Source: Thermoanaerobaculia bacterium
Lineage (GTDB): Bacteria > Acidobacteriota > Thermoanaerobaculia > Multivoradales > Multivoraceae
Reading direction: 5' to 3'
Length of the DNA stretch: 64,000 nt
Assembly: GCA_963666565.1 (NCBI GenBank)
Contig: OY762911.1
Location: 2,880,001-2,944,000 of the forward strand
In this document: positions 48,613 through 57,022 of the stretch, piece by piece
How the letters are laid out: each line of letters starts with the position of its first letter
Position numbering within the stretch: the first letter of the stretch is position 1
Position numbers and translations under genes: made by a program
The notes under the pieces: model-generated
Told to the model about the DNA's origin: nothing
Databases searched by the model: none
What the model saw: the letters and a program-made list of their open reading frames with translations, nothing else

Positions 48613-48763
48613 CGATTCCCTCGACCGGGGGCCGAAGCCCCCAGGCAGCGATCCGGCCTAGCGCCCCGAAACCCCTAGCGGTGCTCGGTGTTTCGGCCCA
48701 TCCCGTCCGCACGGCGGAGCCTGCGCCCCGAACTTGCTCCGCTGCGTTCTGCGGCGCAGGCTC

Positions 48764-51700
48764 CTAGAACCGGATCTTGAAGTTGGCCCGGACCGTCCGC
48801 GGGCGCTGGAAGAACCGGCGCACGGGCAGAACCTCGCCGGCGCTGTTCCAGGAGCGGCGGCGCTGCTGGTTCGTGGCGTTCAGCACCTCGACGCGGAGTT
48901 CGCCGCGGACATCCTGGAAGCCCAGGGGGAATCCCCAGGCGCCGCTCAGGTTGACCGTGTACTCGTCGGCAGTCCGCCTGCCCTCCGTGCCGGACGGATG
49001 GAGCGGGAAGCCGACGCCCGTGTTCGAGGTTCCGGGGCGCTGGTTGGCGTTGGCGTCCGTCACGTCGACCGGCAGGCAGATCGGAATCGACGTGGGGATG
49101 CCGGGCGGCCGCGGACCGCAGGGCCGCTCGTAGCCGGCGCCGGACGACGTGGTCCAGGGCGTGCCGGTCTGGAACGTCAGGTGGCCGCCCAGCGTCAGAT
49201 CCTGGTTGCCCAGGCGCCAGGTCTTGAAGCCGAAGGTGTTCCAGATCCACTCGCGGTCGTACGTGCCGTTGGCCCCGCGCCGGTTGATCATGCTCGCCGG
49301 GTAGCCGAGCCAGTCCGTCAGGCGGGCGACGCAGTCCTCCGGATAGAGCGGCGTCCGCCCGGTGCGGCGGTCCGGCCTCGTCTGGGCGGCCTGGCAACTA
49401 TCGATGTTCTGCTGGTTCAGCACGACGTGAGCCGCCTCGAGGTAGGTGCTGTTCGTGTTGTTCCACCAGGCGCCGGCGCCGGTCGTGTCCGTGCTGGCCC
49501 AGGCCAGGTTGTTGTACAGCGCCCAACCGTCCGCGAAGCGGCGGTTCAACTGGAGCTGAACCCCCTTGAACGAGTTCTTCGCCGGATCGGCCAGTTCAAG
49601 GGCCTCCCGGTTCAGTTGGGCCGGGCGCTCGGCCGGGTCGTAGCCCTGAGCGGCCCAGGTGGCGGCCCGCGCGTCATCGAAGGCCACAAGTATGTCGTAC
49701 AGGTCGTGGTAGTTCTCGGTGACGCCGATGTTCCGTCCCTTGTGGTCGAGCTGGTTGTTGGAGAACATCATGTCCTGCAACTGCCAGTCGATGTACTTGA
49801 GGTCAAGGGCCCAGTTGGGGCGGAACTGCCACTCGAGGCCGAGGATCGCCTCCTGCTTGTAGTACGTCTGGACGTCGTAGTCCAGGACGCCGGCCTGGAC
49901 CGCGTCCCACATGAGGCCCGGCGTCGTCAGCTCCCAGGAGAGGTTGTAGCCGGGCAAGGGCGCGCCGACCGTTCCGTTGTGGAGCGAGTCCCGCCGTTGC
50001 GGGACGCGGCAACCGTAGTTGGTCAGGCCGAGGAACTGCAGGAAGTCGAAGGTCGCGATGTCCGCGGGATCGCAGAAGAGGAAGACCTCGTGCCCCTCGT
50101 AGCCGTTCCACAGGTCGTGCATGCTGGGGACGTTCGAGTCGCCGCCCGAGATCCACGCCTGGTTGAGCATCGCGTGGTACTGGCCCCAGCTCGCGTTGAG
50201 CAGCAGGGCGCCGTCCCCCTTGATGTCGTAGGTGATGTTGATCCGCGGGTCGACGTAGGTGTCGTCGATGACCTGGCGCCGGACGTCGTTCCACGCCTCC
50301 TGCTGCTCGGCCCGAAGGCCCATGTTGATCGTCCAGTGATCGCCGATCGTGAAGCGGTCCCGAATGTAGTAGCCGAGGTTGCGCACCTCGCTGTCGCCCG
50401 TGCCGCGTCCGACGCAGGTGCCGGTCGTACGGACGACTTCGCCGTTCACGTGCTCGACCGTGGTCGGCCGGTGGGGCATGCCGTCAGGGGCGTTGCCCTC
50501 GCAGGTCAGGAAGGTCGAGTTGTGGTCGGTGAAGTAACAGGTCCGGCCGCGGATGGGCGAGGTTCCCGTGCGGGTGAACGGCGTGGCGCAAGTGTCGTCG
50601 GCGATCGTCCCCGCGCCGAGGAAACCGAACGGGTTCGTCGGATCGAAGCCCCAGCCCTGGAGCAGGGGCACGCGGGCGTTCTCGCCCTCCCACTTCGTGT
50701 CCTGGTAGTCGATGCCGTACTTCAGCTCGTGGTTCGCGCCGGCGAACTGGGTCAGGCCGACGTTCGCCTGCTCGCGCGGGAAGGCGTTGAAGCCGAAGCC
50801 GTCGGAGAGGATCCAGCCGTTGTGCCAGGAAGAGAGGTTCTCGGCGTCCCGGTAGACGTTGTAGTTGTTGCCGGGGTAGAAGATGCCCTTGCTCGGGTCG
50901 AACGGGAACCGCAGCGGGTAGCTGGTGTCGCCGCCCGACGTGTTCGTCGCCGTGTGGCCCGCGACCGGCCCGCGGTCGAGCGACTTCGCCTGCAGGCAGG
51001 TCTCGATCATGCGGGCGGGCGTGTCGCGGTAGTTGTCCTGGGACAGCCACTCGAGGACGGGAATGCCGTCCACCGCCTGGGCGGCGGGGTTCTCCTGCTG
51101 GAGCGTGTCGTGGCAGGCGAGGAACTTGTTCTCCTGGGTCTCCTGGTCGGCGATCTTCGCCTCCATGAACCAGTTGCTGGAGAGCGCCCAGTTCCAACTG
51201 ATCGTGGAGAGGACGCTGTCGTTCTCGTGCGGCGTCGGCGTCCAGTAGTCGTAGGACTGCCAGTTGAAGTAGTTGCGGAACGCCGGGGTGTCGATCCCGG
51301 ATGCCGCGAACGAGTGCGACGCCGACGGCTGCATGTTCAGCTTGAGGATGCGGGCGTCGGCGTACAGGCTGACGTCGTACGGGTCGCCGCCGAGCAGGCG
51401 CTCGGAGTAGGCGTCGTCGAACTCGGACGCGCCAATGAAGAACCAGAACTTGTCCCGCATGAGAGGACCGCCGGTGGAGAACTCGTAGCCGTCGCTGGAA
51501 CCGGCCCACTCGTCGCTGCCGGGCAGGCAGGCGTCGCGGTTGATCGTGGAGACTTCCTCGACGATGCTGGGCGGGATCTGGCCGCGGCCCTGGTCCCGTT
51601 CGTCGCCGTGGCAGCGCCGGAACCAATCGACCGGGTAGGGCCGGTTCCGTCGTTCCGCCAGCGAGGGCTGATCCCTGTAGTCGGCGCTCCAGTCGACCCG

Positions 51701-52444
51701 CTGGTGGTTCCAGAGGACATCCGCGTGCCAGCGGTTCGTGCCCGACTTGACGATCACGTTGGTGGAGGAGCCGATGTAGCGGCCGTACTCGGCGGAGGAG
51801 CCGCCGGCCTCCATCGACACCTCGGTCAGAGCCGTCGTGGGCAGGAACACGCGGCTGCCGCCGAACTTGGCGAACGTCGTGTCGACGCCGTCCACGTAGA
51901 CGCCCTGATCGGCGAAGTGGGTGCCGTTGACCGAGGGCCGCGTCTGCTGGATGTCGTCGTTCTCCGCGTCCGCGGTGACGCCCGGAAGGGCGTTGATCAC
52001 GCCGTAGTAGGTGCGCGTCGTGCCGGCGGTCTGCTCGCCGATCTCGGAGGTCACCGTGCTGCCGGCCGTGACGTTGAACTTGTCGACCATCGGCGTTTCG
52101 GCCGTGACGTCGACGACGCCGCCCTCGACCGCGGCCTGCAGGGTGAGGTCGACGGACTTGCGGTCGCCGGCCGCGGCGTGGAAGGTCGCCTGGGCTCCGC
52201 CCAGACCCTCCAGTTCCGCGGTCAGTTCGTAGGTGTCGGGCACGACGCCGACGAACCGGTACTGGCCGTTCTCGTCCGTGATCGCGAACTTGTCGCCGCG
52301 GCCGCTGGAGAGGGTGACGCTGACGCCGGGCAGGGCGGAGCCCCCCGGGTCGACGACGGTGCCGCTGATCGTGGCCGTCTCCGGCGCGTCGGCGAAGGCG
52401 GCGAAGGGGATCAGCAGAATCAGGATCGCTGCGAGTCGCTTCAT
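48764..52444 (-). CDS. TonB-dependent receptor with carboxypeptidase-regulatory-like N-domain (paralogue 1)
   Basis: Signal peptide, ISGTVVD..G..LPGVSV, ALPGV, SAEYG..NVIVKSGTN plug/barrel motifs, C-terminal Phe. Confidence 0.88.
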   Translation of the reverse strand: MKRLAAILILLIPFAAFADAPETATISGTVVDPGGSALPGVSVTLSSGRGDKFAITDENGQYRFVGVVPDTYELTAELEGLGGAQATFHAAAGDRKSVDLTLQAAVEGGVVDVTAETPMVDKFNVTAGSTVTSEIGEQTAGTTRTYYGVINALPGVTADAENDDIQQTRPSVNGTHFADQGVYVDGVDTTFAKFGGSRVFLPTTALTEVSMEAGGSSAEYGRYIGSSTNVIVKSGTNRWHADVLWNHQRVDWSADYRDQPSLAERRNRPYPVDWFRRCHGDERDQGRGQIPPSIVEEVSTINRDACLPGSDEWAGSSDGYEFSTGGPLMRDKFWFFIGASEFDDAYSERLLGGDPYDVSLYADARILKLNMQPSASHSFAASGIDTPAFRNYFNWQSYDYWTPTPHENDSVLSTISWNWALSSNWFMEAKIADQETQENKFLACHDTLQQENPAAQAVDGIPVLEWLSQDNYRDTPARMIETCLQAKSLDRGPVAGHTATNTSGGDTSYPLRFPFDPSKGIFYPGNNYNVYRDAENLSSWHNGWILSDGFGFNAFPREQANVGLTQFAGANHELKYGIDYQDTKWEGENARVPLLQGWGFDPTNPFGFLGAGTIADDTCATPFTRTGTSPIRGRTCYFTDHNSTFLTCEGNAPDGMPHRPTTVEHVNGEVVRTTGTCVGRGTGDSEVRNLGYYIRDRFTIGDHWTINMGLRAEQQEAWNDVRRQVIDDTYVDPRINITYDIKGDGALLLNASWGQYHAMLNQAWISGGDSNVPSMHDLWNGYEGHEVFLFCDPADIATFDFLQFLGLTNYGCRVPQRRDSLHNGTVGAPLPGYNLSWELTTPGLMWDAVQAGVLDYDVQTYYKQEAILGLEWQFRPNWALDLKYIDWQLQDMMFSNNQLDHKGRNIGVTENYHDLYDILVAFDDARAATWAAQGYDPAERPAQLNREALELADPAKNSFKGVQLQLNRRFADGWALYNNLAWASTDTTGAGAWWNNTNSTYLEAAHVVLNQQNIDSCQAAQTRPDRRTGRTPLYPEDCVARLTDWLGYPASMINRRGANGTYDREWIWNTFGFKTWRLGNQDLTLGGHLTFQTGTPWTTSSGAGYERPCGPRPPGIPTSIPICLPVDVTDANANQRPGTSNTGVGFPLHPSGTEGRRTADEYTVNLSGAWGFPLGFQDVRGELRVEVLNATNQQRRRSWNSAGEVLPVRRFFQRPRTVRANFKIRF

Positions 52445-52489
52445 GAGTGCTCCTCGGATGAGGGTTGGATCGAGGCCGAGTGAGAGGCC

Positions 52490-52548
52490 ACTATACGACC
52501 GATGGGGAGCGAGTCAAAGGAGGCGGGACGGATCCAGCAGGTTGGATC
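52490..52548 (-). promoter_or_regulatory. TBDR1 promoter TTGACT-N16-TATAGT with upstream palindrome GATCCA-N6-TGGATC
   Basis: The same elements are conserved upstream of paralogue 2. Confidence 0.55.
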
Positions 52549-52767
52549 GAGTCTTGCGGGGGCTCGACATCGCGCGCGGCGTACCGTGGTCCGCTTGGGA
52601 GTTGCGGCGCGAGACCGTCGACTCGGCTCGCACGCGCGGCGTACCCGCTCGGCTATGCTGTCCGCGCCCTTGCCGAGTGCCCGGACTGTCGGGCCGCGCA
52701 TTCTCGCTCCTTCATCGGGGCGCTCCCGACCGGAGGCGTCCCACCCGATCAAGGAGAACGACACACC

Positions 52768-53454
52768 ATGACGACCCACGACACAGCGCCGGCGCCCGCC
52801 GGTTCCATCACCCTGGACGAGTTCCGTCAGAGCCTGGCGGAACTCCGCGCACGCGGCCGCGAACTGGAGGCCAGGAAGGACCGGGACCATGCGCGGGCCA
52901 TGAGAGAACTGGCCGAAATCCGGGAGCAGCAGAAAGAGACGGACCGCATCGTGAAGGAGACGGCTCTTCAGCAGAAGGAAACCGACCGTCAGATGAAGGA
53001 GACGGACCGTCGCCTGAAGAAGACGGAGAGCCTCTTCAACACGCAGTGGGGCAGGCTGATGGAGAGCCTGGTCGAGGGCGACATCGTGGCCCTGTTGAGG
53101 GATCGCGGCATCGACGTGCGGCACACCCAGGAGGGGCGGTTCCGCGGCAGGCGGAACGGGGAGCACTTCGAGGTCGACATCCTCGCGGAGAACGGCCGGG
53201 AAGTCGTGGTCGTGGAGGTGAAGACGACGCTGAGGCCGGAGCACGTGAAGAAGTTCGTCTCGAGGCTCCCGGACTTCGCGGAGTACTTTCCCGCCTATCG
53301 GGGCAAGCGAGTCCTCGGCGGGATGGCGTACCTGCAGTGCGACCCGTCATTGCGGACTCACGCGGAACGCCAGGGGCTGTTCGTGATCCAGGCGACGGGA
53401 AGCAGCGCCAGCATCGTCAACGCGCCGGGCTTCGTGCCCCGCGTCTTCTCCTGA
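52768..53454 (+). CDS. Coiled-coil plus PD-(D/E)XK nuclease-like protein (DUF3782-like)
   Basis: KETDR heptad repeats, WGRLMESLV, EVDILAENG..VVVEVKTTL, AERQGLFVI; AGGAG RBS. Confidence 0.8.
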   Translation: MTTHDTAPAPAGSITLDEFRQSLAELRARGRELEARKDRDHARAMRELAEIREQQKETDRIVKETALQQKETDRQMKETDRRLKKTESLFNTQWGRLMESLVEGDIVALLRDRGIDVRHTQEGRFRGRRNGEHFEVDILAENGREVVVVEVKTTLRPEHVKKFVSRLPDFAEYFPAYRGKRVLGGMAYLQCDPSLRTHAERQGLFVIQATGSSASIVNAPGFVPRVFS

Positions 53455-53462
53455 CTCCGCCG

Positions 53463-53488
53463 CTGGGTGCGCGGGTCTTCTGACCCGC
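53463..53488 (+). repeat. Single REP-like copy between convergent nuclease-like genes
   Basis: CTGGGTGCGCGGGTCTTCTGACCCGC. Confidence 0.85.
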
Positions 53489-53556
53489 TCTGCGGAGGCG
53501 CCGCTGAGCGGACGGCAGGCCGGACTCGACCATGCGCCGGCCGGCCGCCGCGCTCA

Positions 53557-54561
53557 CTATCGCTTGTCCGTGTCGCCCCGTTCGAGCCGGCGGAGGAAAT
53601 CCGCGGCGCTGGCGCATCGGAGCGCTGCGCGCATGAGTTCGGCCTCGCCCAGGTCGTGGAGGTCAGCCAGGCTCGCCCGCTGGGCCGACGTTACGCTGAT
53701 GCCCCGTTCCGCGAGAAGGGCGATCGCGCTTGCGGTTCGCGCTTGGGTCCTCCCCACGGCCTCGCCTTCGGTTCTCCCCTTGGCTTCGCCTTCGGCTCTC
53801 CCCTTGGCGCGGCTCTCGTCGCGGTGACGCCGCAGCCACGGGTCGTCGTCCGGCCCGGTACCTTCGGCGGCCGCCAGCGCCATGCCGACGCGGTGAAGAG
53901 CCTCGACCGTGCCGTGCGACCTTGCCGGTTCGTTCAGGGCCGTGTGGATCTCCTTCGCCGTCCAGCCGGGAAAGACGCGGCTGCTCGTCGCCTGACGGAA
54001 ACGGCCGGCTTCGAGGACGTGGATCGTGAGCCCCGGCAGGCGCGACTTCGGGCGGCTCGCGGACCGTTCCTCCGGCACGTCCACCCACACCTCGGGGAAG
54101 CCCCATGCCTCGTAGAGCGGCACTTTCCAGCCGCGGACGTCGGTGAAGTAGTCGACCTCCAGGACCACGTCCGGCTTGTCGTCCGCGTCCACGTCGAGCC
54201 TCGGCTTCAGTTCCCCTGCGGGTGGCGGGTCTAGGTAGACGATCTGGTCCGCCTGCAGCAACTGGAACGTCCTGCCGCGAGCGCCGAAGCGAACGAGGTC
54301 GGCTGTCCCGAAGGTCTCGATGGGCGCTCCTCTGGAAGCGGCGATCAGGCGCGCGAGCCCGGCCAGCCGCTGCGAGGGCTGCTCGTGGAAGAAGGTCGTC
54401 GGCTCGCTCACGACCATTGCGGTCGCGGTGCGGGATTCCCAATACTCCAGCCGGCCCTCGTAGTCCTCGATCTCCTCGGGGGGAATGTGGATGGCCTTGC
54501 AGCCGGGGAAGTCGGCCGGATCGAGCGGCGCCGCCTTCCATCCAGACGGCGGATTGGGCAT
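53557..54561 (-). CDS. Uma2-family endonuclease-like protein with Rpn-like C-terminal repeats
   Basis: GRLEYW, QADQIVYL, PDVVLEVD..TD, LYEAWGFPEVWVD; tail AKGRAEGEAKGRTEGEAVG. Confidence 0.8.
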   Translation of the reverse strand: MPNPPSGWKAAPLDPADFPGCKAIHIPPEEIEDYEGRLEYWESRTATAMVVSEPTTFFHEQPSQRLAGLARLIAASRGAPIETFGTADLVRFGARGRTFQLLQADQIVYLDPPPAGELKPRLDVDADDKPDVVLEVDYFTDVRGWKVPLYEAWGFPEVWVDVPEERSASRPKSRLPGLTIHVLEAGRFRQATSSRVFPGWTAKEIHTALNEPARSHGTVEALHRVGMALAAAEGTGPDDDPWLRRHRDESRAKGRAEGEAKGRTEGEAVGRTQARTASAIALLAERGISVTSAQRASLADLHDLGEAELMRAALRCASAADFLRRLERGDTDKR

Positions 54562-54788
54562 CAGTTCAGAATGAGGTGGACGATGAGTGCCAGCACGCCC
54601 ACCGTCCCGTACGTCGCCAGGATGAGCAGTAGCCAGAGAGCCGTGCCGATCCTGCCTAGCTCGGCCCGTAGGCCGCTAACCTGGTTGCAGAGGTCACGGG
54701 CCTGGGACTCAAGGTAGGTTGTCGAGGACCATTGGATCGGCGCGCCGGCACGCGGGGCTCCGAACTTCGCTAGATCGTCTCTCTTCAT
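54561..54788 (-). CDS. Small membrane protein, translationally coupled to the Uma2 gene
   Basis: AGGAG RBS, C-terminal hydrophobic helix, TGATG stop/start overlap with the Uma2 gene. Confidence 0.55.
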   Translation of the reverse strand: MKRDDLAKFGAPRAGAPIQWSSTTYLESQARDLCNQVSGLRAELGRIGTALWLLLILATYGTVGVLALIVHLILN

Positions 54789-55018
54789 GGCGGTTCTCCT
54801 GGTTGCTTGAGGGTCGAGATAGACGACCTGGCCCGCCGGCAACGGCGCCTGCGTCCCGCCGTCATGGCGTCGATCCTACAGGGCCGGAAATCCTCCCGCG
54901 ACCCGGTCGACTGTCCATGCGCTGCCAGCCTCGGCGCCTCGACTCGGAGGCGACGACAGGACCCGGGCGTGCCGCGGTGGAACCTGCGGTAGATCCCGTC
55001 GCGAACAGCGCCTATGAC

Positions 55019-55150
55019 TCAGCCCTTCACGAGTTCGTCCAGACCGATGGCGAGCGCGTCGGCGAGGCGCCGGAGCGTGTGAACGGAGCCGGTTCGCCGG
55101 CCAGCCTCGATGCCGACGATCTGGACGCGGCTGGTGGCGGCGGCGCGGGC
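55019..55150 (-). pseudogene. Truncated XRE-family HTH remnant
   Basis: Reads ARAAATSRVQIVGIEAGRRTGSVHTLRRLADALAIGLDELVKG*, with an in-frame stop and no start codon upstream. Confidence 0.6.
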
Positions 55151-55388
55151 CGGTGGCCCGGCAGTTTCCCTGGGAAGCGGTTTCGACTATCTTGAGCATG
55201 GGTGGCCTGTCCTTTCTCCCGGCATCCGACCGGGCATTCGGTTGAACACCCAAGAGGATAGGCCGCCTGGCCTACATCACCGGATCCACGACTTCTGGGA
55301 CTAGCCCGGCTGGCGACATGGACGACCTCAAGGCAGTCCCGTCACGCATGAACCACCACGCGCGTTCTTCGACGAACTGGCCTGACCC

Positions 55389-56423
55389 TTAGGGGGCTCC
55401 CGTACGCGGTCGCCGCAACTCGAGACCGGAGGCGGATTCCTTCCGCGTTCGTATCACGCGGCGATCTTCGTCCCCGGCCAGAGTGGCCGCAAGGTCCTCA
55501 GCAAACGTAAGGTCGTGGAAATGCCACGAGTGAGACCAGTCGCCCACGTCCAGCTCGGGCTCGCGAAGGCCCTTCCAATGATTGCCAACGTTGACGTTAA
55601 CGACGCAATCGGAGGTGTCCTCCGGAGTTCCAACCCGACCGATTCGCGGCTGAGCGCCGAGGCGCTTCACGTTCGACAGCTTGAGCGCTCGATCATAAGG
55701 ATTCTGGTAGTTCGTGATGCGGGTGGAGTGCTCGAAGAGAGAGGCGCTCTTGTTGTCGCGCATCGACAGGGATTTGCGCGCGACATCGGCACCGATAAAC
55801 GCGACCTGACTCACATTCCAGTTCACTCTTGACAAGGGACGTGATTGAGCGGCGTAGTAGAAGGCCTCCCGCACCACATAGGCGCCTGTCGAGTGTGCAA
55901 GGAGATGCACGTCGATGTCACAGTGTAGCTCGTCTTGAGCGCGTTGTGCGAGTGCAAGCAGTCGAATCGCATCGTCAGCCAGTTCATCGGCAGTCTTTCG
56001 CGCGTCAGATCTATCTTCTAGGTAGTTGAGCGCTGAGTCAGCCGAGGGCCAGTCGAAGCTAACGACGGCTCCTGCGAAGCCGAACTTCGAGAGATTTCCT
56101 CGCAAGAGATCCTGACGTTGAAGAACCCTTTCCTGGGAGTTGTTGTAGCCGTGGACGAAGATCAAGACGTCGCCACGAGTGTAACGACTGTAAGGGTTCT
56201 TGGGGTCCGCGATCTCGGACGGGCCTAGGTCTGCGCGCCGACGGAGTTCTGCTAGCCATTTGTCCCTGTCTAGGCGGTGCTCTTCTGGGTGGGGTGTCTC
56301 TCGGGAGGGGACGAGCAGATAGCGAGTAGGTCCGGGCTCGGAGCCGAACTTACCGTTAGACCTGACGTTTCGTACGCAGACCATGAAGTTGGGCAGAGGG
56401 TTCTCAAGGCTCTCTCGTTCCAT
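55389..56423 (-). CDS. Alpha/beta hydrolase (DUF900-like)
   Basis: LIFVHGYNN, SFDWPS, LLAHSTG nucleophile, NPYDRALKLS, C-terminal HSW; visibly lower GC. Confidence 0.82.
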   Translation of the reverse strand: MERESLENPLPNFMVCVRNVRSNGKFGSEPGPTRYLLVPSRETPHPEEHRLDRDKWLAELRRRADLGPSEIADPKNPYSRYTRGDVLIFVHGYNNSQERVLQRQDLLRGNLSKFGFAGAVVSFDWPSADSALNYLEDRSDARKTADELADDAIRLLALAQRAQDELHCDIDVHLLAHSTGAYVVREAFYYAAQSRPLSRVNWNVSQVAFIGADVARKSLSMRDNKSASLFEHSTRITNYQNPYDRALKLSNVKRLGAQPRIGRVGTPEDTSDCVVNVNVGNHWKGLREPELDVGDWSHSWHFHDLTFAEDLAATLAGDEDRRVIRTRKESASGLELRRPRTGAP

Positions 56424-56441
56424 ATCGAGCGCTCCTACTGG

Positions 56442-56918
56442 CTAGGTCGACGGTGTCCGTGCCTCAACTTCGGCCTGCTTCTTCTTTGCCTGAGACGCGC
56501 GAAGCGCCGCCTCCGCATTCGCGGCATCGACGAGGGCGTCGCGGGTGGACTTGGAGAACTTGAAGTAGCTTTGGAAGACCGTAATGGCACCCACGCTTCC
56601 TCCGGCGATTAGGAAGCCGGTGATGAGGATGCCGATAGCGTCAGCGCTGGGCGTCTCGAAGAGTACGTGGAGAACGTCAAAGCGGTACTTTGAGGCGATT
56701 CCGAGGGAGAGCGCGAGGGCAAAGAGACCCTTGGTCCCAGGGAGTCTGCTGTGCCTCTTGGAGTGGTCGGCGGTTGAAGGCTTCGTGAAGAGGCGCAGGA
56801 ACCACTCGTGTTCGAAGAGGAAGGCGAGCGCGCGTTCGACGATTCCGGCGACGAGGACGGTAACGGAGAGGGCTACGAAGACATCCTTGAGGTGCTCAGA
56901 CTGCGGGACTTCCTCCAT
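56442..56918 (-). CDS. Hypothetical multi-pass membrane protein with C-terminal coiled coil
   Basis: Three hydrophobic segments, GGAGA RBS before ATG 56918, same orientation as the hydrolase. Confidence 0.65.
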   Translation of the reverse strand: MEEVPQSEHLKDVFVALSVTVLVAGIVERALAFLFEHEWFLRLFTKPSTADHSKRHSRLPGTKGLFALALSLGIASKYRFDVLHVLFETPSADAIGILITGFLIAGGSVGAITVFQSYFKFSKSTRDALVDAANAEAALRASQAKKKQAEVEARTPST

Positions 56919-56930
56919 TCTTGGGTCTCC

Positions 56931-56970
56931 TGAAAGAAGGGGGGAGAGAGCCGAAGCCCTCTCCCCCTTG
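56931..56970 (-). terminator. Rho-independent terminator after TonB-dependent receptor 2
   Basis: Same GGGGAGAGGGC-TTCG-GCTCTCTCCCC hairpin plus TTCTTT as at 48581-48612. Confidence 0.75.
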
Positions 56971-57022
56971 ATTTCCGACCAAACCAAGGGGCGTCAGGCC
57001 CCCGGGTTCTTGCCGATCCGGT

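Noticed and set aside
48734-52483. Long antisense ORFs (also 33355..36624, 36680..39913, 23123..26056, 6353..8893, 57236..59539)
   Set aside because: Shadow frames of real genes in high-GC DNA, with no recognisable motifs.
28725-53488. REP copies as a CRISPR array
   Set aside because: The copies are dispersed, occur as inverted pairs with a shared core, and have no regular unique spacers.
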